Below are positions 10,095 through 20,898 of a DNA stretch of 55,492 bases, in pieces (the stretch's first letter is position 1; each line of letters begins with the position of its first letter). The translations under genes were made by a program, and so were the position numbers. The stretch spans positions 1 to 55,492 of the forward strand of contig JAITOA010000006.1 of NCBI GenBank assembly GCA_031290195.1, given 5' to 3'. The notes under the pieces are model-generated. The model searched no databases. It saw only the letters and a list, made by a program, of their open reading frames with translations, and had not been told where the DNA came from. Source of the DNA: Puniceicoccales bacterium (lineage in GTDB: Bacteria; Verrucomicrobiota; Verrucomicrobiia; Opitutales; JAIRLM01).

Positions 10095-13000
10095 ATGAAA
10101 GAGCAGGAAGCCAAGGAAATTCTCGGATTTGACCAGGAACGCACCTTCGACAGCGTAAGTTTGTCCATTGCGTCCCCGGACACCATCCGGTCCTGGTCCC
10201 GCGGGGAAATTAAAAACCCGGAGACCATCAACTATCGCACCTTCCGCCCGGAATTCGGTGGACTTTTTTGCCAGCGCATCTTCGGCCCCGTACGCGACTA
10301 CGAGTGTGCCTGCGGAAAGTATAAACGTCTGAAGTATAAGGATGTACTCTGCGAACGCTGCGGCGTCGAAGTCATCCAGTCCCGCGTGCGCAGGGAGCGC
10401 ATGGGGCACATCGAATTGGCCGTGCCGGTGGCCCACATTTGGTTCTTCAAAAATCTCCCCAGCCGTCTCGCCCTCTTCCTTGACATGAGCATCAAGGACC
10501 TGGAGCGGGTCATCTACTACGAAGGCTATGTGGTCATTGATCCAGGCTCCACCTCCTTGGATCAGAAACAATTACTGTCCGAGGCGGAGTATGCAAAGGC
10601 ACAGGAGGAGTTCGGTGAAGATGCCTTCGTTGCAAAGATGGGGGCTGGAGCTCTGAAAGAAATTCTAGGTGCAGCAAATCTTCCGGAGATGGTTAATGGG
10701 CTGGAAAACGCCATGCAAACTACTCGCTCCAAGCAAGTTAAAAAGAAGCTAGCCCGGAGACTAAAGCTAATTACGGCGTTTCTGCGCAGTGGAACTTCGT
10801 CGGAGTGGATGATTCTGGAAACGCTGGCCGTCATTCCTCCGGATCTGCGCCCTCTGGTTCCCCTGGATGGCGGACGCTTTGCAACCAGCGACCTGAACGA
10901 TCTCTATCGACGGGTCATCAATCGCAATAATCGTCTAAAAAGCCTCATGCAGCTCAAGACGCCGGATGTCATCATCCACAATGAGATGCGCATGTTGCAG
11001 GAGGCAGTGGATGCACTTTTTGACAATAGCCGTCTCTCCAGACCCGTCCAGGGAACGGGCAATAGACCGCTTAAGTCTCTCAGTGACATGCTAAAGGGGA
11101 AGCAGGGACGCTTCCGCCAAAACCTACTGGGCAAACGCGTCGACTACAGTGGCCGCTCCGTGATCGTCATCGGTCCCGACCTGAAACTGCACCAGTGCGG
11201 CCTTCCGAAAAAAATTGCTCTCGTTCTCTTTGAACCTTTTATCATTCGCCGACTGAAAGAATTGGGCTTCGTGCACACCGTCTGGAGCGCGCGGAAGCTC
11301 ATCGAAAAGCAGGCTCCGGAAATCTGGGACATCCTGGAGGAGGTCATGCGGGGACATCCGGTTCTCCTCAATCGCGCACCCACCCTACACCGACTCTCAA
11401 TCCAGGCATTTGAGCCCGTGCTCGTTGAAGGGGAGGCCATCCGCCTGCATCCCCTGGTGTGTACGGCATTCAATGCGGACTTCGACGGCGATCAAATGGC
11501 GGTGCACGTGCCGCTGTCCATTGAAGCGGTCATGGAGTGTAAGCTCCTGATGATGTCGACATTAAACATTTTTTCGCCATCCAGCGGCAAACCGATCATG
11601 ACGCCGACACAGGACATCGTGTTGGGTGGATATTATCTTACGGTGGAACCGCATGTGATCCCGTTGGAGGGAGAGCGCATTCCGCTTATGGTGGACAAGG
11701 AGGAAGTGCTGCTGGCCTACGGCGAAAAACGACTGAGGAAACACAGCTGGATCGATCTCAAAAATCCAGACTACCAGCGGGAAACGCGCTACGGAGATCC
11801 AGACAAACGCATCATTCGGACGACGGTTGGGCGCGTAATCTTCAATTCCATTTTCCCGGAGAGGATGGGGTTTGTCAATTTTCCAGTGGCCAAGGCAAAG
11901 CTGAGCGAGCTCATCATGGCCGCCTACAAAACCGTCGACCGACCGGCACTCGTCGGATTGCTGGATAAGTTGAAGGAGCTGGGCTTCAAGATGGCCATGG
12001 AGGCCGGAGCTTCCATTAGCGTTGCCGATATGATCGTTCCAACGAACAAGGAAAAATTGGTGGAGTCCGCGCGCAAAAAAGTCGCAGACGTCAACCGCCA
12101 GTACGCCAAGGGAATCATCACCGAAGGCGAACGCTATAACAAGATTGTCGACATTTGGACCGGTGCCACCGACGAGCTTGCAAACGAAGTTTTTTCCCTC
12201 CTCCAGGAAAATGGTGGCGGCGATGAAATTAATTCCATCTTTCTCATGATGGACTCCGGAGCCAGGGGAAATCGCCAGCAGGTGCGACAGCTTTGCGGCA
12301 TGCGGGGACTGATGGCGCGCCCATCCGGGGAGATCATCGAGCGGCCAGTTCTAACGTCGTTCCGGGAAGGTCTATCGGTTTTGGATTATTTTACATCGAC
12401 GCACGGTGCGCGCAAAGGATTGGCGGACATGGCCCTGAAAACAGCCGACGCCGGATATATGACGAGAAAGCTCTGCGACGTTGCCATGGATTGCGTCATT
12501 GCCTCCCTGGACGATGGAAATCGAAACGGCGTTTGGAAGCAGGCACTCACGGAGGGCGACCAGGAAATTATGTCCCTGGAGGAGCGCATTACGGGCCGGT
12601 GCAGCAGCGACGACATCCGGAACCCCAACGACCTTGGGGAAGTTCTCGTCGGCAGTGGACAACTAATTACGGTGGACGTGGCCAGGCGCATCCAGGAACT
12701 CGGCATTGACCGCGTAAAAATTCTTTCGCCGCTCACCCACATGAGTCGCTATGGAATTTCTGCAAATGCCTACGGGATCGATCTTTCAACAAATCGCATG
12801 GCGGAACCGGGAATGGCTGTCGGCATCATCGCCGCCCAGTCCATCGGAGAGCCGGGGACGCAACTAACGATGAAAAATTTCCACGTTGGGGGCGTAGCCA
12901 ACCAAATGTTGAAACAACCCCAATACCACGCACGGGCATCGGGAAGAATTCGGTGGAATGGACTGCGATACGTACAAACGACGGAAGGGGCCATCATCGT

Positions 13001-14270
13001 TCTAAGTAAGACCGGATCCATCACCTTCCTCGACGACCAGGGCAAGGAAATGGAGTCCTTTAAAATCGTTCCCGGAACGGTGCTCTTTGCCAAAGACGGC
13101 GAACGTGTGTCAAAGGATCAGATTCTCGCCGCCTGGGACCCCCACCACATCCCTGTTCTGTCCGAAAAAGCGGGACGCGCGCGTTTCCGCGACATGATTC
13201 CAGGGGTGACGATTAAGCGAGATAACGAGGGGGGGAGCGGTACGACCGTTGTCATTGAACACAAGGATGACCTCAATCCAACCATTGAAATTTGCGCCGA
13301 TGAAAATGGGACCGGAGACGTTGTCCTGGCGGCATATGCCATTCCCGTTGGAGCACAAATTGCCGTCGACGAAGGAGATATTCTGGAAGCGGGAGCCCTA
13401 ATTGCAAAAACAGCCCGTTCCGCCGCCAAAACTCAAGATATCACCGGAGGACTTCCCCGCGTCGCCGAGCTCTTCGAAGTTCGTCGGCCGAAGGAAGTTG
13501 GCGAAATGGCAAAGATTGATGGCACCGTTTCCTTTGGAAACACCCTGCGCAATAAGCGCCGAATTATCGTCACCGATCCGGAAAGCGGCCGTCGGGAAGA
13601 ACATTTCGTCCCAACTTCGAAGCAAATTCTTGCGCAGGAGGGAGATTTCGTTACCAAGGGCCAGTTGCTTTCCGAGGGGTCCGTAGACCCCCACGAAATG
13701 CTCGACATACTAGGCGTTCATGCAGTGTTCGAATATTTACTCTGCGAGGTTCAAAAAGTCTATCGCACCCAGGGAGTTGCAATTAACGACAAACACATCG
13801 AAATTATTCTTTCCCGCATGCTGCGTCGAGTCCGCATTGTCGCTCCGGGAGACTCGGAATTCCTGTGGGGAGATCAGGTAGATTCCTTTGATTTGCAGGA
13901 AATTAACCAGAGAATTACGGAGGCCGGAGGGCAGCCCGCCGAAGCGGAACCAATTCTCCTTGGGATCACGAAAGCTTCCCTGGAAACTGGCAGCTTCATT
14001 TCCGCGGCCTCATTCCAGGAAACGTCTCGGGTTCTCACGGACGCAGCAACTCTGGGGCGGGTGGATCCCCTGCGCGGTTTCAAGGAAAATGTCATTATGG
14101 GGCATCCCATTCCCGCCGGAACGGGATTGCCGAGGTATCGCAAACTCAAGCCCATATGCGCCGTTTCCGATGAAGAATATCCTTCAATGCATATTCAAAC
14201 AGGTTACGGAGAAAGAGATCTCATCGTCGAAGAATGCGAGGAGAAGGGAAACTTCATTGAAGAGGTTTAG
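10095..14270 (+). CDS. rpoC: RNA polymerase beta' subunit
   Basis: NADFDGDQMAVH catalytic motif and N-terminal Zn finger CACGKY...CERC. Start chosen at MKEQE (the ORF track starts at 10065, overlapping rpoB). Confidence 0.99.
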   Translation: MKEQEAKEILGFDQERTFDSVSLSIASPDTIRSWSRGEIKNPETINYRTFRPEFGGLFCQRIFGPVRDYECACGKYKRLKYKDVLCERCGVEVIQSRVRRERMGHIELAVPVAHIWFFKNLPSRLALFLDMSIKDLERVIYYEGYVVIDPGSTSLDQKQLLSEAEYAKAQEEFGEDAFVAKMGAGALKEILGAANLPEMVNGLENAMQTTRSKQVKKKLARRLKLITAFLRSGTSSEWMILETLAVIPPDLRPLVPLDGGRFATSDLNDLYRRVINRNNRLKSLMQLKTPDVIIHNEMRMLQEAVDALFDNSRLSRPVQGTGNRPLKSLSDMLKGKQGRFRQNLLGKRVDYSGRSVIVIGPDLKLHQCGLPKKIALVLFEPFIIRRLKELGFVHTVWSARKLIEKQAPEIWDILEEVMRGHPVLLNRAPTLHRLSIQAFEPVLVEGEAIRLHPLVCTAFNADFDGDQMAVHVPLSIEAVMECKLLMMSTLNIFSPSSGKPIMTPTQDIVLGGYYLTVEPHVIPLEGERIPLMVDKEEVLLAYGEKRLRKHSWIDLKNPDYQRETRYGDPDKRIIRTTVGRVIFNSIFPERMGFVNFPVAKAKLSELIMAAYKTVDRPALVGLLDKLKELGFKMAMEAGASISVADMIVPTNKEKLVESARKKVADVNRQYAKGIITEGERYNKIVDIWTGATDELANEVFSLLQENGGGDEINSIFLMMDSGARGNRQQVRQLCGMRGLMARPSGEIIERPVLTSFREGLSVLDYFTSTHGARKGLADMALKTADAGYMTRKLCDVAMDCVIASLDDGNRNGVWKQALTEGDQEIMSLEERITGRCSSDDIRNPNDLGEVLVGSGQLITVDVARRIQELGIDRVKILSPLTHMSRYGISANAYGIDLSTNRMAEPGMAVGIIAAQSIGEPGTQLTMKNFHVGGVANQMLKQPQYHARASGRIRWNGLRYVQTTEGAIIVLSKTGSITFLDDQGKEMESFKIVPGTVLFAKDGERVSKDQILAAWDPHHIPVLSEKAGRARFRDMIPGVTIKRDNEGGSGTTVVIEHKDDLNPTIEICADENGTGDVVLAAYAIPVGAQIAVDEGDILEAGALIAKTARSAAKTQDITGGLPRVAELFEVRRPKEVGEMAKIDGTVSFGNTLRNKRRIIVTDPESGRREEHFVPTSKQILAQEGDFVTKGQLLSEGSVDPHEMLDILGVHAVFEYLLCEVQKVYRTQGVAINDKHIEIILSRMLRRVRIVAPGDSEFLWGDQVDSFDLQEINQRITEAGGQPAEAEPILLGITKASLETGSFISAASFQETSRVLTDAATLGRVDPLRGFKENVIMGHPIPAGTGLPRYRKLKPICAVSDEEYPSMHIQTGYGERDLIVEECEEKGNFIEEV

Positions 14271-14376
14271 AAATTTTTTGCAAAAAAGCATTGCAATCCT
14301 TCGCTGGGCACATTTTAGAAGATGCGTTGGGATGAAACGGAGAGACTCGCGGAGTGTCCTGGGGAGATAGGTATCT

Positions 14377-14751
14377 ATGCCGACGATTAATCAGCTGGTA
14401 AGGAAGCCACGGAGCGTGACGCGCGTGAAGTCAAAGTCCCCGGCTCTGGGGAAAAGTCCTTTTCGGAGAGGTGTTTGCATACAAGTTACCACCCGCACTC
14501 CCAAAAAACCAAATTCAGCCATTCGGAAGGTGGCTAAGGTTCGACTAACGACCGGTGCCGAGGTGATTGCGTACATTCCAGACGAGGGGCACAGCCTCCA
14601 GGAGCATAGCATTGTCCTCGTCCGCGGAGGCCGCGTGCAAGATCTTCCCGGCGTTCGCTATCACATTGTCCGTGGAGCTCTCGATTGCAACGGCGTCGAA
14701 AAGAGACGACGCAGTCGCTCAAAGTATGGCGTTAAGCGGCCTAAAAAATAG
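14377..14751 (+). CDS. rpsL: 30S ribosomal protein S12
   Basis: [29 protein letters not shown]. Confidence 0.99.
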   Translation: MPTINQLVRKPRSVTRVKSKSPALGKSPFRRGVCIQVTTRTPKKPNSAIRKVAKVRLTTGAEVIAYIPDEGHSLQEHSIVLVRGGRVQDLPGVRYHIVRGALDCNGVEKRRRSRSKYGVKRPKK

Positions 14752-14763
14752 GGAATTTTAGCC

Positions 14764-15237
14764 ATGTCACGTCGTCACAGAACCTACGAACGGTCCGTCG
14801 ATCCGGATTCGAAATTTAAGAGCCCTCTCATCGGCCAGCTGATTAACATGGTGACGCGCTGTGGAAAAAAGGCCCTTGCGAGAACCATCGTCTATAAGGC
14901 AATCGAACGGGCCAGCGAAAAGCTGGGGAAGGGAGATCCCGTTGAAATGTTGCTGACTGCCCTGGAAAATGTTCAGCCCAAGTTGGAGGTGAAGAGCCGT
15001 CGTGTCGGTGGCGCAACTTACCAGGTTCCAATTGAAATTTCCTACGAACGGCAGCGGACCCTTGCTTTCCGTTGGTTGATCGATTTCGCAACCGGTCGCA
15101 AGGGAGTGGCAATGAATGAGTCACTTGCCCTGGAAATAATTGACGCCCACGGGAACACGGGGAATGCCGTTAAAAAGCGTGAGGAGGTCCATAAAATGGC
15201 CCAGGCAAATCGCGCATTTGCACACCTAAATTGGTAG
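14764..15237 (+). CDS. rpsG: 30S ribosomal protein S7
   Basis: [12 protein letters not shown] and [12 protein letters not shown]. Confidence 0.99.
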   Translation: MSRRHRTYERSVDPDSKFKSPLIGQLINMVTRCGKKALARTIVYKAIERASEKLGKGDPVEMLLTALENVQPKLEVKSRRVGGATYQVPIEISYERQRTLAFRWLIDFATGRKGVAMNESLALEIIDAHGNTGNAVKKREEVHKMAQANRAFAHLNW

Positions 15238-15251
15238 TTCGCAGGATTCCT

Positions 15252-17405
15252 ATGACGCAGAATCGGTCCAGTGGTAGAAATTCGCCGCAGCGTCCCTATG
15301 TCCTGGAGCACATGCGAAATATCGGCGTTGCGGCGCACATTGATGCGGGGAAAACGACGACAACGGAGCGTATCCTTTTCTATACGGGAGTTATCCACAA
15401 GGTCGGTGAGGTGCACGAAGGAACGGCGGTGACCGATTGGATGGAACAGGAGCGCGAGCGGGGAATTACCATCACATCGGCGGCCATTTCCTGCGGTTGG
15501 ACAACAAAACACGGATTATTTGCCGGAATTCCCCACCGCATTAACATAATTGATACGCCCGGTCACGTTGATTTCACCGCCGAAGTTGAGCGTTCGCTGC
15601 GAGTTTTGGACGGTGCCGTTGCCGTTTTTTGCGCCGTTGCCGGAGTGCAACCGCAGTCGGAAACTGTTTGGCGGCAGATGAATAAATATCACGTTCCCCG
15701 CATCGCATTCATCAATAAGATGGACCGCACGGGGGCAAATTTTCTGGGTGCCGTGGAGGACATTCGCACAAAGTTAGGCGGGAATGCCCATCCTCTTTTT
15801 TTGAACATTGGCACCGAAGAAAATTTCAGTGGGCTCGTCGACCTCGTGCGCATGCGTGCCTATATCTACGACGATGGAGACGGGGATGGCGTGCGCTTCA
15901 GCGACGTACAAATTCCCGGGGAAGAAATGGAAAGGGCGGAGAAGTTCCGCGTGAAACTGCTCGAAGCGCTGGTGGATTTCGATGACAACCTGGCGGAGAA
16001 ATATCTGCAGGGCAGTGAGGTCAGCGAAAGTGAAATGCGAATTGCCATTCGAAAGGCTACGGTTTCTCTGAATTTCATTGGCGTCATTCCCGGAAGCGCC
16101 TTTAAAAATCGGGGAATCCAGATGGTCGTCGACGCCGTCGTGGACTATCTGCCAAATCCATGTGATTTACCTCCCATGCCGGCGTTTAAGGATGATGGGT
16201 CCCAGATTGGTCTGGAGCCCGACGACGCGGCGAAGATGTCCACGTTGGCATTCAAAATTATGCATGATCCGTACGTGGGGAAATTGGTTTTTTGCCGCGT
16301 CTACACGGGTCAGCTAAAGAAGGGAGACGTGGTTTATAATCCGCGCACCAGAAAGACAGAACGCATTAGCCGTCTGGTTGTTATGAAGGCTGATGCCCGG
16401 GAAGACATCGACGTAGCCTATTCCGGGGATATCTGTGCCATCGTCGGTGTGAAGGGGGTTGTAACCGGAGACACCATCTGCGAACGGTCGCTGGATGCGC
16501 AGCTGGAACCCCCCACATTTCCGGAGCCGGTCATCAGCATGTCCATTGAACCCAATTCGAAGGCGGACCAGGAAAAACTTTCATTGGCACTGCAGCGTCT
16601 CGCCGAGGAAGATCCCACCTTTCGCATTACCTCGGATGCGGAAACCAAGCAGACCCTCATTTCCGGCATGGGCGAGCTGCACCTGGACATTATCCGCGAT
16701 CGGCTATTCCGGGAATTTAAGGTTGGAGCAACCGCAGGGAAACCGCGCATTGCATACCAGGAAACGATTACCATCCGCGCCGAAGGTGAGGGAAAATTCA
16801 TTCGCCAATCCGGGGGACGCGGACAGTACGGCCATGCGGTGGTTGTCATTGAGCCGGGCGAACGGGGAAGTGGAACGCAGGTCATCAATGAAATTGTTGG
16901 AGGAGTTATTCCAAGGGAATACATTAAGCCAGTTGAAGAGGGGATTCTGGAGGGTTCCCGGGGCGGGATTGTGGCCGGCTACCCGGTGGTAGATTTTATC
17001 GCACGCATCATTGACGGCAGTTTTCATGAGGTGGATTCATCGGAGCTCGCCTTTAAAATGGCGGGAATTTTCGGGTTTAAAGAAGCAATGAAGAAGGCAA
17101 AAGCGATCCTTCTTGAGCCCGTCATGAAGGTGGACGTGCAGACTCCGGAGGAGTACCAGGGGGACGTCGTCGGTGACCTAAATCGTCGGCGTGGGCAGGT
17201 TCAAAATATGGAAAATAAGCATGGACTCTGCGAAGTTACGGCGTTTGTTCCACTGGAGGCCATGTTTGGCTACGCAACGGATGTACGGTCTCTCTCAAAG
17301 GGTCGGGCATCCTATTCCATGGAACCCTCCCACTTTGCGCAGGTTCCGGCGGCCGTTCTGGCCCAGGTTGTGGAATCTTCCAGTAGGGCGGCGGCACGGA
17401 CATAA
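15252..17405 (+). CDS. fusA: elongation factor G
   Basis: [35 protein letters not shown]. Confidence 0.99.
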   Translation: MTQNRSSGRNSPQRPYVLEHMRNIGVAAHIDAGKTTTTERILFYTGVIHKVGEVHEGTAVTDWMEQERERGITITSAAISCGWTTKHGLFAGIPHRINIIDTPGHVDFTAEVERSLRVLDGAVAVFCAVAGVQPQSETVWRQMNKYHVPRIAFINKMDRTGANFLGAVEDIRTKLGGNAHPLFLNIGTEENFSGLVDLVRMRAYIYDDGDGDGVRFSDVQIPGEEMERAEKFRVKLLEALVDFDDNLAEKYLQGSEVSESEMRIAIRKATVSLNFIGVIPGSAFKNRGIQMVVDAVVDYLPNPCDLPPMPAFKDDGSQIGLEPDDAAKMSTLAFKIMHDPYVGKLVFCRVYTGQLKKGDVVYNPRTRKTERISRLVVMKADAREDIDVAYSGDICAIVGVKGVVTGDTICERSLDAQLEPPTFPEPVISMSIEPNSKADQEKLSLALQRLAEEDPTFRITSDAETKQTLISGMGELHLDIIRDRLFREFKVGATAGKPRIAYQETITIRAEGEGKFIRQSGGRGQYGHAVVVIEPGERGSGTQVINEIVGGVIPREYIKPVEEGILEGSRGGIVAGYPVVDFIARIIDGSFHEVDSSELAFKMAGIFGFKEAMKKAKAILLEPVMKVDVQTPEEYQGDVVGDLNRRRGQVQNMENKHGLCEVTAFVPLEAMFGYATDVRSLSKGRASYSMEPSHFAQVPAAVLAQVVESSSRAAART

Positions 17406-17425
17406 TTAGGAATGGCGGGGAAATT

Positions 17426-17749
17426 ATGACACAAAACAGTAAAAAACAGCAAAAAATTCGCATCCGACTCCGTGGTTTCGACAACCGCCTCGTCGACCAG
17501 GCGGCCGTCGACATTGTTGAGACCGTGAAGCGGTCGGGGACAAGGGCCGTTGGTCCCGTTCCCATGCCGACGACCATCGAACGATTTTCCGTAAATCGGT
17601 CTCCCCACGCCGATAAAAAATCGGCCGAACAATTTGAGCTCAGAACTCACAAAAGAATGATTGACATCCTCGATCCGAATGTGGACACAATGGACGCGTT
17701 GAAAAAGGTGAATTTACCTTCGGGAGTGGAGATTTCGGTTTCCGTATGA
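17426..17749 (+). CDS. rpsJ: 30S ribosomal protein S10
   Basis: KIRIRLRGFD, GPVPMPT, EQFELRTHKR. Confidence 0.99.
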   Translation: MTQNSKKQQKIRIRLRGFDNRLVDQAAVDIVETVKRSGTRAVGPVPMPTTIERFSVNRSPHADKKSAEQFELRTHKRMIDILDPNVDTMDALKKVNLPSGVEISVSV

Positions 17750-17792
17750 GAATTTGAATTTAAATGCGGAGCACGCCGCTCTGCCTCTGGCA

Positions 17793-18437
17793 ATGGAAAC
17801 GAAGAAGAGAGTCATTTTGGTGGTTGGCCGTAAGGTCGGTATGGCGCAAATTCATGATGCTGCCGGAAACTACGTGGCTACAACTGCCATAGAGATTGCC
17901 CCATGTCCGGTCGTACTCGTGAGAACACCGGGAAAGGATGGCTACGCTGCGATTCAGATTGCCGCAGAAAAAACGAAGACACACCGCCTCTCCAAGGCCG
18001 AGGCCGGTCATCTGACAAAGCAGGGCTGCGGGCCACATCGGCACCTGCGTGAATTGCGCATAGCCGATTCGAATGACTACGTCTCGGGCGAAATTTTGAA
18101 TGTTTCTTCCTTTAAAGTCGGCGACTTGGTTGACGTCTCGGGCACAACAAAAGGGCGTGGATTCCAAGGGGTTGTGAAGAGGTACGGTTTTGAGGGTGGG
18201 CCAAAAAGTCATGGGTCCATGTTCCATCGCCGCGGCGGATCCTACGGACAGCGGGAGGAACCGGGTCGCGTTTATCCGGGGCGGAAAATGCCCGGTCACA
18301 TGGGCGTTAGGAAACGAACAACGCAAAATTTAGAGGTGCTCCACGTTCGTCCGGAAAGTAATTTGCTTTTCGTGAGAGGCAGCATTGCGGGACACAACGA
18401 TGGGCTTATTGCGGTTCGCACGGCAAAGAAGGGATAA
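17793..18437 (+). CDS. rplC: 50S ribosomal protein L3
   Basis: GRKVGMAQ, KGRGFQGVVKRYGF, MPGHMG. Confidence 0.98.
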   Translation: METKKRVILVVGRKVGMAQIHDAAGNYVATTAIEIAPCPVVLVRTPGKDGYAAIQIAAEKTKTHRLSKAEAGHLTKQGCGPHRHLRELRIADSNDYVSGEILNVSSFKVGDLVDVSGTTKGRGFQGVVKRYGFEGGPKSHGSMFHRRGGSYGQREEPGRVYPGRKMPGHMGVRKRTTQNLEVLHVRPESNLLFVRGSIAGHNDGLIAVRTAKKG

Positions 18438-18441
18438 TCCT

Positions 18442-19059
18442 ATGGAAGTGCATGTGTTCAAAGAAGACGGTTCTTCGGGAAGTCCGTGGCAGCTTGACCT
18501 CCCAGATTGCAATAGCCCGGCGACGCTGCGCAATGCGCTGGTCGCGTACCAGAATAATTTTCGTCAGGGAGATGCCCAGGCAAAGACGCGGGCTGAAGTA
18601 AGTGGTTCCGGGAAAAAGCCCTACCGGCAAAAGGGAACGGGAATGGCCCGCCATGGCGAAAAGCGGAGTCCCATTTGGAGCGGGGGTGGTGTGACATTTG
18701 GGCCGCGCAGGCGTGACTATACGGTGAAAATTAATAAAAAACAAAGACGCCTAGCTCTGAGTAATGGTCTTTCCTTGCGCGCAAAGGATGGTTCACTCTT
18801 TTTGATAGAAAATTTACGCCTTGACACTCCAAAAACGAAGAACTTTTTAGCTCTTCTGAGAAAAATGGAAATCGATGGAGGGTCCGTTTTGATGGTCGAT
18901 GACGCGTTTGAGGATAACGTTATTTTGGCCGCACGTAACATTCCAACCGTGTTCATGGTGGAAGCGCGAACCTTGTCTGCCCTGGACGCCTTTCAGTGTG
19001 ACCGCATTATTTTGTCGAAGCGGGCAATGGACGTTGTTCTGTCGCGAATAGCTGCCTAG
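18442..19059 (+). CDS. rplD: 50S ribosomal protein L4
   Basis: KTRAEVSGSGKKPYRQKGTGMARHG and GGGVTFGP. Confidence 0.98.
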   Translation: MEVHVFKEDGSSGSPWQLDLPDCNSPATLRNALVAYQNNFRQGDAQAKTRAEVSGSGKKPYRQKGTGMARHGEKRSPIWSGGGVTFGPRRRDYTVKINKKQRRLALSNGLSLRAKDGSLFLIENLRLDTPKTKNFLALLRKMEIDGGSVLMVDDAFEDNVILAARNIPTVFMVEARTLSALDAFQCDRIILSKRAMDVVLSRIAA

Positions 19060-19077
19060 CCCTGGAGAAATTTCATC

Positions 19078-19374
19078 ATGGAGAAAAATGGTTCGATTTT
19101 AAAGCAGTACCGGCTAACTGAAAAGAGTAGCACCCTGTCGACGGAGATGAACCAGTACATCTTTGAGGTGGCCACGGATGCAACGAAGGCGCAGATCTCC
19201 CGGTCCATCTTCGGTGAATTTGGCGTAAAACCGTTGCGCGTGAACGTCCTCCGCCAGCAGGGAAAGCTGAAGAGATCTCGAATTTCCAAAAAGGAAACGA
19301 CTTTGGTGCGTAAGCCAGAGATGAAGAAAGCCTTTGTATCCCTGCGCAAAGGGGACAAAATTGAAATTCTGTAA
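19078..19374 (+). CDS. rplW: 50S ribosomal protein L23
   Basis: LTEKS, YIFEV, KKAFVSL; synteny. Confidence 0.96.
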   Translation: MEKNGSILKQYRLTEKSSTLSTEMNQYIFEVATDATKAQISRSIFGEFGVKPLRVNVLRQQGKLKRSRISKKETTLVRKPEMKKAFVSLRKGDKIEIL

Positions 19375-19392
19375 CGTCGGTGGAGCGAGGTC

Positions 19393-20250
19393 ATGCCTAT
19401 CATTCGAACAAATCCAGTGACCCCCGGACAGCGGTTTAGGGCTGCGAACCGCCCTGCGGTTACCGATGCCAGAGCGGAACGGTCTCTTGTTGCGGGGAAG
19501 AGTCGCGGGAGTAGTGGACGTAATTGCCACGGCCGTATCACGATGCGCAGAAGAGGCGGAGGCCACAAGCGTCTTGTTCGGATTCTTGATTTTAAGAGGG
19601 ACAAGTTTGACATTCCGGCGCGCGTACAAACCATTGAGTATGACCCTGGCCGTTCCGCCAGCATTGCGCTGCTGGCCTACGCCGACGGGGAAAAAAGATA
19701 CATTCTAGCTCCCCAGGGACTTTCGGTTGGGGGTATCGTGCAGAGTTTGCGCGGCGACCGGCGACCCGATGATTTTTCCGTCGGCATGGCTCTTCCGCTG
19801 GCACTGGCCCCGACTGCCATGCCAATTCACTGCGTGGAAATGTTGCCGGGTAGGGGCGCGCAGATTGCACGGGGTGCGGGAATTTCGGCGCAGCTGCTGG
19901 CAGTGGAGTCCGGGAAGGCAACATTAAAACTGCCAAGTGGGGAAATTCGCTGCGTGGATGCCCGCTGCCGAGCAACGCTCGGTTCCATTGGAAATGGGGA
20001 GCACAATCGCCGTTCCCTGGGAAAGGCGGGTCGTAGTCGCTGGCTGGGAATACGTCCGCGCGTGCGTGGCGTGGCAATGAATCCCGTGGACCACCCGATG
20101 GGCGGCGGAGAGGGACGGACTTCCGGGGGAGGGCATCCGGTATCTCCTTGGGGACAACTGGCTAAGGGGCTTCCAACTCGGAGACGTTCAAAGAACAAAA
20201 ATACGGCGATTTTGGTGCGCCGCAACGGAAGAAAAGTTAAAAGGAGCTAG
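19393..20250 (+). CDS. rplB: 50S ribosomal protein L2
   Basis: RGGGHKR, EYDPGRSA, RGVAMNPVDHPMGGGEG. Confidence 0.99.
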   Translation: MPIIRTNPVTPGQRFRAANRPAVTDARAERSLVAGKSRGSSGRNCHGRITMRRRGGGHKRLVRILDFKRDKFDIPARVQTIEYDPGRSASIALLAYADGEKRYILAPQGLSVGGIVQSLRGDRRPDDFSVGMALPLALAPTAMPIHCVEMLPGRGAQIARGAGISAQLLAVESGKATLKLPSGEIRCVDARCRATLGSIGNGEHNRRSLGKAGRSRWLGIRPRVRGVAMNPVDHPMGGGEGRTSGGGHPVSPWGQLAKGLPTRRRSKNKNTAILVRRNGRKVKRS

Positions 20251-20256
20251 TTTGCG

Positions 20257-20526
20257 ATGGGTCGTTCTATTAAAAAAGGATTTTTTACGGAGCCGTCGCT
20301 GATGGACAAAATTGACGAAGCGGTGAAATCCGCATCGCGGAAGCCGATTCGTACATGGTCAAGACGTTCAATGATTACTCCGGATTTCGTTGGGCTAAAT
20401 TTTGAGGTTCACAATGGAAAAGCATTCCTGGATGTCCATGTCACGGAAAATATGGTGGGACATCGACTCGGTGAGTTTGCGCCGACTCGGACGTTCAAGG
20501 GACATAATCCACATACGCAAAAATAG
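20257..20526 (+). CDS. rpsS: 30S ribosomal protein S19
   Basis: [25 protein letters not shown]. Confidence 0.99.
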   Translation: MGRSIKKGFFTEPSLMDKIDEAVKSASRKPIRTWSRRSMITPDFVGLNFEVHNGKAFLDVHVTENMVGHRLGEFAPTRTFKGHNPHTQK

Positions 20527-20541
20527 TCGATGGTGGCCGCT

Positions 20542-20898
20542 ATGAAATATGAAGCAATTGCCCGTTCCGTCCATATGTCTCCGCTGAAGTTGCGGCAGGT
20601 TGCGCGGTCCCTAAAAGGAATGGCGGCCGCCGATGGCTGCGCGTTCTTGCAGCTAGTTCCACGGAAATCGGCGCGACTCATTCGGAAAACCGTTGGAAGT
20701 GCCATCGCGGCCGCCGAGAACAATTTCAGCGTTCCAGTTGAGCATCTCGCCATTGAAAATGTTATCATTGAAGAGGGAGGAAGTCTTCGCCGCCATGTTC
20801 CGGCTGCGCGCGGATCCGCACATCCCATTCGGAAGCGGATGAGTCATATTAGGGTCATTCTTATTGAAAAACAGGGGCGTTATGGGTCAGAAAGTTAA
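20542..20898 (+). CDS. rplV: 50S ribosomal protein L22
   Basis: SPLKLRQVA, SAIAAAENN, ARGSAHPIRKRMSHI. Confidence 0.97.
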   Translation: MKYEAIARSVHMSPLKLRQVARSLKGMAAADGCAFLQLVPRKSARLIRKTVGSAIAAAENNFSVPVEHLAIENVIIEEGGSLRRHVPAARGSAHPIRKRMSHIRVILIEKQGRYGSES

